From Antedon mediterranea (lineage: Eukaryota; Animalia; Echinodermata), in assembly GCF_964355755.1 (NCBI RefSeq), contig NC_092680.1, forward strand, positions 21,585,045 to 21,649,044: a stretch of DNA of 64,000 bases, given 5' to 3'. Shown here piece after piece: positions 26,601 through 38,313 of this stretch. The notes beneath the pieces are model-generated. The model saw only the letters and a list, made by a program, of their open reading frames with translations, made no database searches and was not told where the DNA came from. Positions within the stretch are counted from its first letter, which is position 1. Every line of letters begins with the position of its first letter. A program made the translations under genes and the position numbers.

Positions 26601-29600
26601 TAACAACACATTTCTATTACATTATACCTACAATGACATAGGTCTGCTATAAGAACAATCAAACCACTAATTGTTAACAACTTAGGCCTACGGTGCTACA
26701 TTATTATATCAAAATGATGAATTAACAATAAAAATAAATTGCAAGATTCTCTACTGAATAACTTTCCTTGTTTTTTAGAAAAGATACAAACATATCTGAT
26801 TGAAATACAAAAGGACAAGTGCAGCCAGGCCATTATATTTACACCTGCAACAATGCGTGAGAAATACAAAGTTGACATTTCACAGATGTTTACCGATATG
26901 GAACTGATTAAAGAATTTGAAAACAATAAAGGAAGCAAACCAACAACATTGGAAGAAATGGTAGATATTATCAGTTCCACACCTGGATGTAAAGCTCTCA
27001 TAGAAGGAGAGGGAGGTATTGGAAAAACTACCATATTAAGGCATATATCATACACATGGGCTACACATAATAAATCCAATAATGTCCTTGAAGGTAAAAT
27101 TGTATTTCTTTTATGTGTAAGGGATTTGGAAAAAGATGAAGATATATTTGATTTAATTGTAAAGCAACTGGATATGACAGATTTTAATTTAGACACAGAT
27201 CTCCCAAAAGATTCACGGGTAATTAAGAAATTTATAAAGAAACATGACAATAAAGTTGTGTTGCTACTAGACGGATTAGATGAATTGAGATTCAATAATC
27301 AAAGCGTAATTAGTCTTTTCAGAAAAAACTCTTTAAAAAAAAGTACTGTGATACTTACTTCCCGGTCAGAAAACATAGATGAATTCAAAAAAGAGTGTAA
27401 CATACATGTAAGAGTTAAGGGATTTAATGAAGAGAGCATAGGGAAGTATATTAACAAACACTTTAAGTATTTTGAAAACCCAGAAATGGGAAAATCCCTT
27501 AGAAGAGAATTAGATATGTATCAGGGTTGGCAACGAAAACACGAGGACGTATATTCGATGTGCAAAAATCCAATGCTTCTTCTTTCAATTTGTATTCTAT
27601 GGGAAGACAATCAAAGTCTTCCTGAAGATAAGACTGACCTGTTTAAAGAATTTTTTCGTAGTATTTTGAATCAATTTCACAAACAAAAGTTTAAAGACAC
27701 TCGTGAAAAATTCCCAAAGATTTCTAAATTTGAAGAAACTCCAGCAAATTATGTAAATTCTATGATTTTGTTAGGAAAGTGTATGTATAAAAGCTTAAAA
27801 GAGAATCAACTTTCAATAAACATGAAAGATTTGAAAGATACACAATCCACAACAGATATGATTGACATGGCCGTAAAACTTGGATTTGTTTACGAAGAAG
27901 CACCAATTTCAAAATCTAATTTTGAAAGAATGTTTATGCCTCCTCACAAGTTGATAGTTGAGTCCTTGGTGGGATTTTATTTGTGCAAATTATGTGAAAG
28001 TGAATGTATCGAGAATGAATGCACAGAAGATGTAAGACGAATACTTACACCATTAGATGATAATGAATGGGAGGTAATAAGAGAAAGCAGCTATTTAGAT
28101 TTGGCCAGAAGGTTTGCAATCGGTTTCCTTGGTGATAAAGCGTATGCATTTTTTAATCACTGGATTACAAATAATTTGTCAACATATCGTTCTTTGCCGA
28201 GGTATTTAGATTGTGTTAAAAAACCACATAAAGATGTTGTGATAAATAAATTAATTAATCACATGGAAAGCAAAGATTTAGAAATTAATAATCATCTGGA
28301 TGATATATCGACCTCCATAAGAACGTTCATTGATCACATTAGTCCAGGTGTACCATGTGATGGGCATTTCATACGTCTAATTATGCAAATTAGTTGTATA
28401 GAGAATGTGGCTGACGATATCATTCATTTCATTTGTGAAAATAGGATGACAGGGGAATTCAAGGGAAAAGTAATTGCACACATTGTAGCCATAGCTGCTG
28501 AATGTGACGAAGACCAGATTATTCCGGATCTAGCAGGACACATTGATACATTTAATCACTTTGTTACAGAATGTTCTCTCAAACAAGTTCAATTAGCATT
28601 AGAAAGGCTCGATATCGATGGTAATAACCTTCACAACCTTGATGTTAATTCACTGTCTTCATTACTCATTATGTGTCCTAAGCTGGAGTACCTTTACATG
28701 AGTAATTGCAATCTATCAGGTGACGTCATCAATCACTTTGTTACAGAATGTTCTCTCAAACAAGTTCAATTAGCATTAGAAAGGCTCGATATCTCTCATA
28801 ATAACTTTCACAACATTGATGTTAATTCTATGTCTTCATTACTCATTATGTGTCCTAAGCTGGATTTCCTTTGCATGAGTGATTGCAATCTATCAGGTGA
28901 TGTCATCAATCACTTGGGTACAGAATGTTCTCTCAAACAAGTTCAATTAGCATTACGTCGTCTCTATATCTCTGATAATAACTTTCACAACCTTGATGTT
29001 AATTCACTGTCTTCATTACTCATTATGTGTCCTAAGCTGACGTGGCTTGACATGAGGGATTGCAATCTATCAGGTGACGTCATCAATCACTTGGGTACAG
29101 AATGTTCTCTCAAACAAGTTCAATTAGCATTACGTCGTCTCTCTATCTCTGATAATAACCTTCACAACCTTGATGTTAATTCACTGTCTTCATTACTCAT
29201 TATGTGTCCTAAGCTGACGTGGCTTGACATGAGGGATTGCAATCTATCAGGTGACGTCATCAATCACTTGGGTACAGAATGTTCTCTCAAACAAGTTCAA
29301 TTAGCATTACGTGATCTCGTTATCTCTGGTAATAACCTTCACAACCTTGATGTTAATTCACTGTCTTCATTACTCAATATGTGTCCTAAGCTGAAGGAGC
29401 TTTACATGATTAATTGCAAGCTATCAGGTGACGTCATCAATCACTTGGGTACAGAATGTTCTCTCAGACAAGTTAAATTAGCATTACATATTCTCGCTAT
29501 CTCTGGTAATAACTTTCACAACCTTGATGTTAATTCACTGTCTTCATTTCTCATTATGTGTCCTGAGCTGTGGAGGCTTGACATGAGTGATTGCAATCTA

Positions 29601-29666
29601 TCAGTTGATGCCATAAAACACATTGACGAAGAGTGTTCAAATAGAAACATACGTTTTTATTCTTAA
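20612..29666 (+). CDS. NLR immune receptor: tandem DED-like domains, micro-exon linker, NACHT, LRR. Exons 20612-20621, 21340-21873, 22290-22412, 22858-22920, 23095-23160, 23281-23469, (24234-24293), 24480-24548, 25812-25874, 26002-26067, 26779-29666
   Basis: All introns are phase 1 GT-AG. Walker A GEGGIGKT, Walker B LLLDGLDE, sensor ILTSR and the NPMLL motif are present, followed by 12 RI-like LRRs. The N-terminal exon has DED-like patterns (FRLL..QLG..LRFCL..SLFNEL..G.I..V.LL; LSASRKELF..IGQDELKKVI). Confidence 0.9.
20711..21283. mobile_element. Kolobok-like MITE family (AGATGTATTGTCC... termini), with a nested SINE
   Basis: Related ends or fragments at about 8436, 17739, 19918, 43108-43308 and 59828; TTAA flanks. 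Confidence 0.6.
20890..21151 (-). mobile_element. Deu/Nin-like SINE nested in a MITE
   Basis: Same core as the other SINE copies; TGGCT duplication at 20885-20889 and 21152-21156; an empty site is seen in the MITE copy at about 43160. Confidence 0.8.
23963..24127. repeat. 41-bp tandem repeat, about 4 copies
   Basis: GTTGGGATGTAGGACATACAGTAACAAAATGATTTCATTGT repeated. Confidence 0.9.
24897..25717 (+). mobile_element. 5'-truncated LINE (L2/Crack/Daphne-like) in an NLR intron
   Basis: ORF 25020-25439 is a LINE ORF2 C-terminus (KLQTTQNKFVRFI...HTHNTR...FFFSAIKDWNALP); AATAAA plus (TCAA)n tail; ATTAT TSD. Confidence 0.88.
28554..29615 (+). repeat. Six 177-bp (59-aa, two-LRR) coding repeats
   Basis: Units start at 28554, 28731, 28908, 29085, 29262 and 29439 with a near-identical DNA framework. 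Confidence 0.95.
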
Positions 29667-30820
29667 ATAATTTCACGATCATCATCCCCCCCGATGACTG
29701 TACATTTTATTTCATATTACACAGTGTACGTCTCAATTAATATAAACAGCGCATTTGTAAAAGTCGCAGCAGATAAGTGTCAATATTGTAATTCTCAATA
29801 GAATAGAATTGTATTTGTAAATCTAAAAATGGCATGTAATATAGTCGATACCTTATAAAAACTGTTTAATAATAATTTGTTATTATTATAATTTTTGTTT
29901 TTTAAGAAATAAAGTTTGTTTTAGTTATACTTTTGGTCAATCATTAAATTCATCCATATTCATCTTCCTTGTCGCGCGCGCGTCTACATCATACGCGTGA
30001 TCAAAATAGCAGCAGCTAGCTGGTGGCATATGGGGAGAGAGAAATACGATTTTCATTTTCAATTCATATTAATTCTAGACATTTATTTAGATCTGACACT
30101 GAAAGTCTGCAGCAACAGAGAATGTAATTAAATCTGTGTTAAATGTTAATTACTATAGAGTAACTACAACATAGGCAAGGCAAATGATGAGTCTCGGCTA
30201 GTCTCTCTATCTAGGCCTATGGTAGGGGCCTAGGCCTAGCTCAAAACTGTGTAGCGCCTAGCTAGGCCTAACCTCTATATCTTGTTTGCCTGTGCTAGGC
30301 CTACTAATACTGGCTGCCTCAACTCGGCCTCCTAGTCTGCACATGTTTGAGGAATGTTGTTCTTTTCATTCAGTCATTCGATTGAATGAAAGTTAAAGTT
30401 TTTAAGTAGATTGAATGTAAGTAATACTGTATTAATATTGTATTAGTAAAGACTTGGGACACTAGCTAGTACTAGTAGGCTAGGCTAGAATAAGTATTTT
30501 AAAACAGACAGGGGTGATATAAAGTGTTTCACTCTCTCTTCTTCGATTTTTTACTCGGGGTACCCGAGTCTAGTACTTACTCATTTTCTCCTTCTCTTCC
30601 TCCATCTGGACACTATTGAGTAAAAAGTGCGATTTTTAAAGTACTACTCCTCCCTTATTCGTTATAGTATTGAGCTGGGATTTGGCATGAACATACTACA
30701 GGGACATGTCCTCAAAGCTATAGAGCCGGATATTTAATGTTTTGTTAATTAATTTGTTTAATTAAGAAGCCACAATGTGTGACACACACCACAGCGTTAT
30801 GTAGTTATATGGTTATATGC

Positions 30821-30893
30821 GGATTCTTGGCGTAGTGGTTATCACGTTTGCTTAACACGCAGAAGGTACCTGGTTCGAGCCCGGACGAAACCT
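30821..30893 (+). tRNA. tRNA-Val(AAC)-like, degenerate acceptor stem (probable pseudogene)
   Basis: A box TGGCGTAGTGG, anticodon arm TTTGC-TTAACAC-GCAGA, B box GGTTCGAGCCC, T-run terminator. Confidence 0.7.
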
Positions 30894-31104
30894 TTTTTTT
30901 AAACTTTATGGTGAAAAGTACTGTATACGCAATATGATAATTATACAGAGTATATCTTATTTTTATTATTTTTTAAAATACTTATTTTGTGTAATCGGTA
31001 ATTATCACTTTTACACATGTTTATTTTGCTTTGTGCTTATTACCATTTATTTGTAATTTAAATGGATTAAAAAACTTTCTGTAACCCACATTTTTAATGT
31101 AAGA

Positions 31105-31176
31105 GGTTTCGTAGTGTAGTGGTTGTCAAGTCTGCTTAACACGCAGAAGGTCCCGGTTCGAGCCCTGGCGAAACCT
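31105..31176 (+). tRNA. tRNA-Val(AAC)-like, D and T stem mismatches
   Basis: GGTTTCG/CGAAACC acceptor stem, TCTGC-TTAACAC-GCAGA anticodon arm, GGTTCGAGCCC, TTTT downstream. Confidence 0.75.
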
Positions 31177-32838
31177 ATTTTCTTTACTTTCTAACTGTAT
31201 ACGTCTGTATACAGCTTCTTTCGCTGTACCCCGAGTATTGCACATTCGTGCTTGTTTTTACATTATAAACGTGAATCTTATAAACAATGATTTTCTTGTA
31301 TTCTTTTTTCGTGTAATATATGATTACATACAGTATATAACATTAAATTATAATTTATATGATAGGCCTATGTCCAGTTTATCTATACTTGCTTGATTAA
31401 TCAATGAAACACAAATTTGCACAAAACCTTATTTTGGTTGAATCACAAAACAAAAACTAGGCCCTTTAACAGTGCCTATTTAAAAAATATCTTGATATAT
31501 TTCATTTGTAGTGAATGTGTATACAGTGAGCATACTGCCATATTACATTATCTATTACATGTGTGATGTATTAATGTGTATATATTAATGTGTTACTGTT
31601 AAGAAAGACAATATTAAATGCATTATTAATAATCTACTTTGCAGTATAATAAAGTATTAAAGTGTAAATAAATAAGTTCTGTATGAATCGTGCAATTGAT
31701 ATATTGTATAATGTGTTTATTGTTATATTTCATCTGTGTATAGTTATGAACTTATGTCTTGTATAATACAGTAGTTTTTAGAATATTTTTATGTAATTAT
31801 TGATAATTAATAATGTTAATTATTATAAATGTTGTTCCAATGACGGGAGTAAAATAACTTTTTCTTGAAGACAAATATTAATAATAAAGTTTTTCTAAAT
31901 GGTATCTTTTTTTTAGTATGTGTGTATGTCTACAGTATCAGTATAAAATAAACCTGCAGAGACCATCTAAATCTGATCAGGGGCAGGTCCAGTTGGAGGG
32001 GTAGCACTAGGGTTGCGAGGTCCACCCTTAGTCACCCAAAATCACTTCATGTTTTTAGTCTAAACATAAACAAACTTACAATTGATCACACAAGTTTATG
32101 AATCTTAATGGGGGGCATAATTATATGCTCTCCAATGTCTGTTCGTAGCAAACCCATAAAAACAAACTACTACGACTTAATATAGTAATCCAACGCGCAT
32201 CGTGCACCCATTAGGCCTATTATTGAACTAGACTTGCCCCAAGTCTGTATTCATTGTCTTTTTTTTTATTTATTTGTTTTTATTTCGATTTTTATCTGAA
32301 AATATCCAAACTCAAGTAATACACGTATATGAAACGCCATATGTGCCAAAATATTTATATTTTTACTATGTTAAGACAAAACTCCGTCTGGAGCCCAGAC
32401 TAGTATTGAACCAACTCACAGCCGATTCTGCTACTGATCGTTTTCACATTAATTTGTGGGCGCTATTACATTTGTGGTTGTTTCCACATTTGTGGGTGAT
32501 GCGTTTTTACATTTGTGGGTGATGCGTTTTTACATTTGTGGTTGTTTCCACATTTGTGGGTTCAACAGTCCATCCAAAAACTCCTAGTACTAGTAGCCAG
32601 TGAGACTAGCTCGTACACAGCAGACAGAAGAGCATGTTTTACTGTACAACCGTTAATGTAGAAAACGCCAGCTAATATCGAAACACCAACAGCTTATGTA
32701 GTAAATAAAAATCAACACCAGCTAATGTAGAACGGTCTAATGTAGTACGAAAATTGCCTCACACTCACAGCTACTAATGTAGTTACTATCGCCAGCTAAT
32801 GTAAACATATATATTTTACAAACCTATTATGTCTAAAT

Positions 32839-32878
32839 CAGGGAAGAGTTAAATTACAATTAATTTAACTCTTCCCTG
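32839..32878. mobile_element. 40-bp palindromic transposon remnant with 8-bp TSD (P/hAT-like)
   Basis: GTCTAAAT-[CAGGGAAGAGTTAAATTA caat TAATTTAACTCTTCCCTG]-GTCTAAAT. Confidence 0.8.
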
Positions 32879-32919
32879 GTCTAAATCATGTGCAAATGCA
32901 TCTATTTACTTAGTGTTAC

Positions 32920-32947
32920 CAGGGAAGAGTTAAATTACTCTTCCCTG
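32920..32947. mobile_element. 28-bp palindromic remnant of the same family with 7-bp TSD
   Basis: GTGTTAC-[CAGGGAAGAGTTAAATTACTCTTCCCTG]-GTGTTAC. Confidence 0.8.
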
Positions 32948-33356
32948 GTGTTACGACAATACGAATGATACCGAGTGGTGGTTCGCCTAGACATCCGTAC
33001 ATTCCAATCAAAACGTTTTCATTTCATTGTCATTGCGTCCTGCCTCACTTCCAGTCTCGAACACAGTTCACTTCAAGTCTTTATTTACAGTCAACAGTCC
33101 CATATCCACTGTCTTATCTCCTCTCAGGATAGCCTACCATCTCCGACTTGTACCGTCTCGCGAGTCCCTCATTCCCTTGTCTCGTACACCCAACACAGCT
33201 TTCCAAAAAAGCCCCCGCGCATCACAACGCTCCCTTCTTATTCGTCCACATGCGACACCTGATTGTCATCGTGACACATGACTATCGTCACACCATGGAG
33301 GTATATATATACCTCCATGACCTGATTGTCATCGTGACACATGACTATCGTCACAC

Positions 33357-33380
33357 CATGGAGGTATATATACCTCCATG
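33357..33380. mobile_element. 24-bp perfect palindrome with 7-bp TSD (P-like); duplicated at 33294-33319
   Basis: GTCACAC-[CATGGAGGTATATATACCTCCATG]-GTCACAC. Confidence 0.75.
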
Positions 33381-34417
33381 GTCACACGGACCATTAGCTA
33401 TCAGCCTATATCCACCTCTCGTAAGCGACCGACTTTCAAAACGCGGCTATCTCGTAATCGACCACCTCTCTTAAGGGACCACCTCTATTGAACGAGCACC
33501 ATCTGTTAAGGGATCGCTTCTCATAACCGACCACCTCTCGTAAGAAGGATCACCTCCTCTCATAAGAGACCTCTTCTCATAATCGAACACCTCACTTAAG
33601 TGACCACCTCTATTTAGGGATCGCTTCTCATAATCGACCACCTCTCTTAACGACCACCCCGGCTCTTAAGTGACCACCTCTTTTATAGGACCACCAACTC
33701 TGATTTCCACTTTGATGTTTTGACATCAATGTTGTTTTCGGTCTTTGGTCTTTCGCTGAGTCTCTCTGAGTGCGATCTTAGATGGTGTATTTTAATTTAA
33801 TCGGATCGGAGGATACCATGTCAGCCATCTTTACATCCTTACTCCACTTAATCTCTCCTGTTCTTTTATACAAATCTTCATTTTTCATTTTCTCGGGCTA
33901 CCTTATACCGATTATTCTCTTTTTCATTATTATACTGTATTACTTTTGTAGTTTTATATTTTGTAAATACAGTATAATTTAATTTCTTTGTAATAATAGG
34001 CCTAGCCATAATTCAAATCACTTTTCTTTTATTTTCATCTGGAACACCTTCACTTAAGAAGTGTGCCACTTTTTCTAAAGTGTAGCTTCCAAATAAATTA
34101 TTTTATATATTATTATAGATCATTTTGTAAATGTTAGTTCCGCATTTACAATTTTCGCAAATCGCGTCCTATAGATCCTGGTTTGAACTGCAGATCGCCT
34201 CCGGTTATAGATTAGTCCACCATGGGGACAAACGAACAGTTCATTTATTTGTGTTCTGTAGACCAGCGTGATTTTGTAACTTTGCGATTTAAATCACAAA
34301 AGAAGGTCGTTATTTGTAGTCCGACAAATTATTAATAATGATTAGACTATAGATCGAGGGTTCAAAGTTTATTAATAACTATATTGAGTCATCTGCTCTT
34401 GCTTCAACACCAGTGAC

Positions 34418-37400
34418 ATGTCTGCTCGCGAGGAAAAGGTGGAATTAGTGGTTAAAAACTGTGGAAAGTTACTGGAAGGACCTCACTGGGATGGAGCTAA
34501 TGACACCTTGCTATTCGTTGATATATTAGGAAATGCCGTACACCGCTATCATCCACAAACAGACAAGCTTCAGTCTGTTAAGATCGGTTAGTAAATCGGT
34601 TTTTAAAAAACGCCACGGTGTATATAATAATAAACATAGGCGCCGCGAAAAAAACTGTTTTGACAAACGCATGCTTATACACTGCGGTGTTTTTTTCGAT
34701 GGATTTTAACCGGTGAACATGTTTTTCTAATTGTTTTCAATCATACAGTTATGTAGACCAATCTTTTAAGAACATTTTACAGTAATTTTTTTTCTCATAC
34801 GACCCCCCGTTCAGGGGATACGACGTTTTAATTAACACGGTGTCCCCGAAAACGCTGTTGGTTACACTCGGCAGGTCAAGATGGCTTTCGTAATACGAAA
34901 GTCTGAATGTACTGTAAACGACCACACCCACACGGGTATGGAACGCCCAAATGCATGGTGCGCTACTCTCGCCATAATTTAATATCAATTTGTTTATTTT
35001 TAGGTGAATGCCATGCCAGCTGTTTTCACTCAACATTTTTTTGTCAACAATGAAAGTATAAATGTTTGATTTGATACCTGTAATAATTATTACAGTAAGC
35101 CTACTATAAACTTAAACAAAATTTGTTAAATGAAGAGTTCTGTTCAATATATTCCAGGTCAATAGAAATCATTTAGATCCTCATCTGCTTCAAATGGAAA
35201 CATTACGATTTGTTATATGTAATGTATATGTTATGCAATTATTCACGGTTAATTTTTTTAGATGAGAATGTTGGAGCAGTGGTACCCACTAAGGATGGCC
35301 GGACATTGATTGCAGGACGTCACGCTTTCTTGTTCTTAGACTGGACAAGTGGCAAGCTAGATCAAATCACGGCAGTTGATTCAGATAAGCCTGATAATCG
35401 TTTTAATGATGGGAAGTGTGATCCTGCTGGCAGATTCTGGGCAGGTGATTCATTTCTACAACATATACATCAATTACATTCTTCTCAATGTTAATATATC
35501 AAATATAGGTGAAATGATGCTGATGATTTATCTCAATCAGTGGCAGATCACCCCCCCCCCCCCCCCCCACCACCACCCTTCATTTCTCAAATTGTAATGC
35601 AAAAGATAGGACATCAAATTGAGCTTCAAGCCCTTCATTTCATCACTTTTAGGCCCTGGTTCCCCCCTATTTCAAAATCTTGGATCCGTACGTCACTGTC
35701 ATCTTCCCAATTACATCTTCTACTGTATTTTACAATCAAAATTTGTGGTAGGCATGAATGTAATTATGATCTGTTGTGTATAAAATATTGTACATATTTT
35801 CTATTTCACTTTTGTATGGAAAAAACAATTGCAAACGTGGACAGTGATTGATGAATTATATATTACCCATAATTACCCTTGTTACGTTTCAATCAATAAA
35901 GCCATGTGGTCTGTGTGAAAGTACAGATTGTTATTTATGCAGAATAGTTTAATTTGATGATGCTTTTGCCTTATTTGTTTTTTTTTAACATAAAAAAAAT
36001 TTTCAGCTGCCATAGGGAAATTTATTTGTAGAACTAAAATGTCAAACTAGTTTGACAAAAAAGTGTGATATGCCCAAATATGGTAGTGATATGACATCAT
36101 GTGTTCATATATGAGCACATCACATTTTGTTGATAGGGACGTGTAGACAGATCTTTATACGTACAATTACCAATCATTGTCTGATGACGATTTGATACTA
36201 TCAGATCGAAATGTCACAGTATATATGACAATTTCATTTACTTAATATATAAATTTAGCTAAATTATATTTATTTCAAGGTACAATGGGACCTGAAAAAA
36301 CCCCAGCAGAGGTGTTATTAAATCAAGGGACAATGTATTGTCTAAACACAGATCTTAAAGTGACATCACATTTTGATCAAGTCAACATATCAAATGGATT
36401 AGCGTGGAGTTTGGATCACAAAACTATGTATTACATAGACTCTCTGCCTGGCTATCTTGATGCGTTTGACTACAATAAAGTAACCGGTGAAATTAGTATG
36501 TATTCTAATTTACTTGACACGCCCGTAGCAAGGGGTTTTTTTATTTTGATTTTAGCCTAGGATCTTGACGATTTTTCCCCCTTTTCTGGACATTTATACC
36601 ATTATAATAATTAGTGGGGTGGGGGGGGGGGGTGGGGAGAGGAATGATTTTAGAATGTAGCCAGGTAACCACAGTGATATTAGAATTCATTTATACAAAC
36701 TGTGTGTAACATCATGGAGGAGGTAAATCATTCATCCATATGGTAACATATTCATATTAAAAAGATTTTTTTTTTAGAAAATCGACGTCATATACTAAAA
36801 GTTCCCAACGATGAAGGGTTGCTAGACGGTATGTGCATAGACAGTGAAGGAATGCTGTGGATTGCAATGTTCTCAAAGTCCAAAGTCAATAGATACAACC
36901 CGAACACAGGTAAGAACAGTGAGCAGAACAACATGTAATTAAAGCTCTGTCTACACTATCAAACTAGTTTGACAAAAAAAGTGTGATGTGCCCAAATATG
37001 GTAGTGATATGCTTAAATATGGTAGTGATATGACATCATGTTCATATATGGGCACATCACATTTTTTTTTCACATTAAGTTTGATAGTGTAGACATAGCT
37101 TTTAAGAGATGATAACATTTATATTGTTAGGTTAGGTTAAGTGTGCCACACAGATTAAAAGCTTTTACTTGCTTGTGGTATCCTTTTACTTGCTTGTGGT
37201 ATCCTTTTGCTTGTGGTATCCTTTTACTTACTTGTGGTATCCTTTTGCTTGTGGTATCCTTTTGCTTGCTTGTGGTATCCTTTTGCTTGTGGTATCCTTT
37301 TGCTTGTGGTATCCTTTTACTTGCTTGTGGTATCCTTTTTATACTTTTATTGTACTTCTCTACTCTATTAAGAATTTTTATGTGAAAAATAATAATTAAA

Positions 37401-38313
37401 AGTATATAAATTTCTAAAATGAAAAACAATCAAACAATCTTTGATCTATTGTTGGTATGACATTTAAGATGACCTTTGGTATGACATTTAAGATGACCTT
37501 TGGTATGACGTTTAAGATGACCTTTGGTATGACATTTAAGATGACCTTTGGTATGACACTTAATATGACCTTTGATTTGACATTTAAGATGACCTTTGAT
37601 TTGAAATTTAAGATGACCTTTGATTTGACATTTAAGATGACCTTTGATTTGAAATTTAAGATGATCTTTGATTTGACATTTAAGATGACCTTTGGTATGA
37701 CATTTAAGATGACCTTTGATTTGTGTGTTGAGTTATTGTTTACATTGTCTCTGACTGGTTGATAACAACACACATTTAGCAATGTAACATTATTTATTAT
37801 TATTGAATTTTTCCTACATCTACATTTCATTTATTTTTATAAAAACAAACAATAGAGAGAGACAGGATTCCCAAAAGTGGGTCTGCAAAGCAAAACATTA
37901 TCTTCCAACAATAAAATACAAAATTACGACAATAGAAATCATAACATTTACCAATGTAACATTATTTATTATTATTGATTTTTTCCTACAGCTATGTCAT
38001 CATAACATAGCAATGTAACATTAAAATGTACAGAACAGAGTTATATATTTTATTTTTTCCTATAGATATATAGATAAATATCATCATAACATTTTATTAA
38101 TAATTTAAAGGAGAAAAACTAAAGACGATCACGTTTCCTGCCACAAATGTCACGTCTTGCTGTTTTGGCGGAAAAGATTACGATGAGCTGTACGTGACAG
38201 TTTCAGCAGAAGGTATATCTGAGGAGGAGTTGCAGAAGCAACCCCTCGCTGGATCCATTTTTAAGGTCACTGGTTTAGGGGTCAGAGGACTACCAGCCAA
38301 TATCTTTGGATAA
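34418..38313 (+). CDS. RGN: Regucalcin / SMP-30 gluconolactonase; exons 34418-34586, 35262-35444, 36280-36495, 36778-36909, 38111-38313
   Basis: Motifs LLEGPHWD, RFNDGKCDPAGRFWAGTM, SNGLAWSLD, DGMCIDSEGMLW and TSCCFGGKDYDELYVT; phase-1 GT-AG introns; TAA at 38311-38313. Confidence 0.95.
36942..37100. mobile_element. Harbinger-like MITE family (TIR AGCTCTGTCTACACTATCAAAC) with internal 21-bp repeats
   Basis: Further copies at about 16959-17090, 36040-36155, 45401-45576, 54815-55031 and 63340-63463, with variable numbers of TGCCCAAATATGGTAGTGATA units. Confidence 0.8.
37163..37340. repeat. 17/21-bp minisatellite (CTTGTGGTATCCTTTT)
   Basis: Direct tandem repeat in regucalcin intron 4. Confidence 0.9.
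37452..37722. repeat. 24-bp minisatellite (GGTATGACATTTAAGATGACCTTT), about 11 copies
   Basis: Direct tandem repeat with two sequence variants. Confidence 0.9.

Larger units (their letters stand above)
30551..31256 (+). mobile_element. Helentron-associated non-autonomous element (HINE/DINE-like)
   Basis: Inserted in T-runs; perfect 12-bp sub-terminal inverted repeat TACTCGGGGTAC (30552) / GTACCCCGAGTA (31226); 5' palindrome ACTCGGGGTACCCGAGT; CT-rich tract; 3' GCAC-ATTC-GTGC hairpin followed by TTGTT. Confidence 0.6.

Noticed and set aside
26739-26778. ORF-track start of the NACHT protein
   Set aside because: A non-ATG start in intron sequence; the real boundary is the acceptor at 26778.
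26696-27295. 199-aa antisense ORF
   Set aside because: Shadow of the NACHT exon; no recognisable motif.
37127-37830. Repetitive ORFs on both strands
   Set aside because: Minisatellite translations within regucalcin intron 4.
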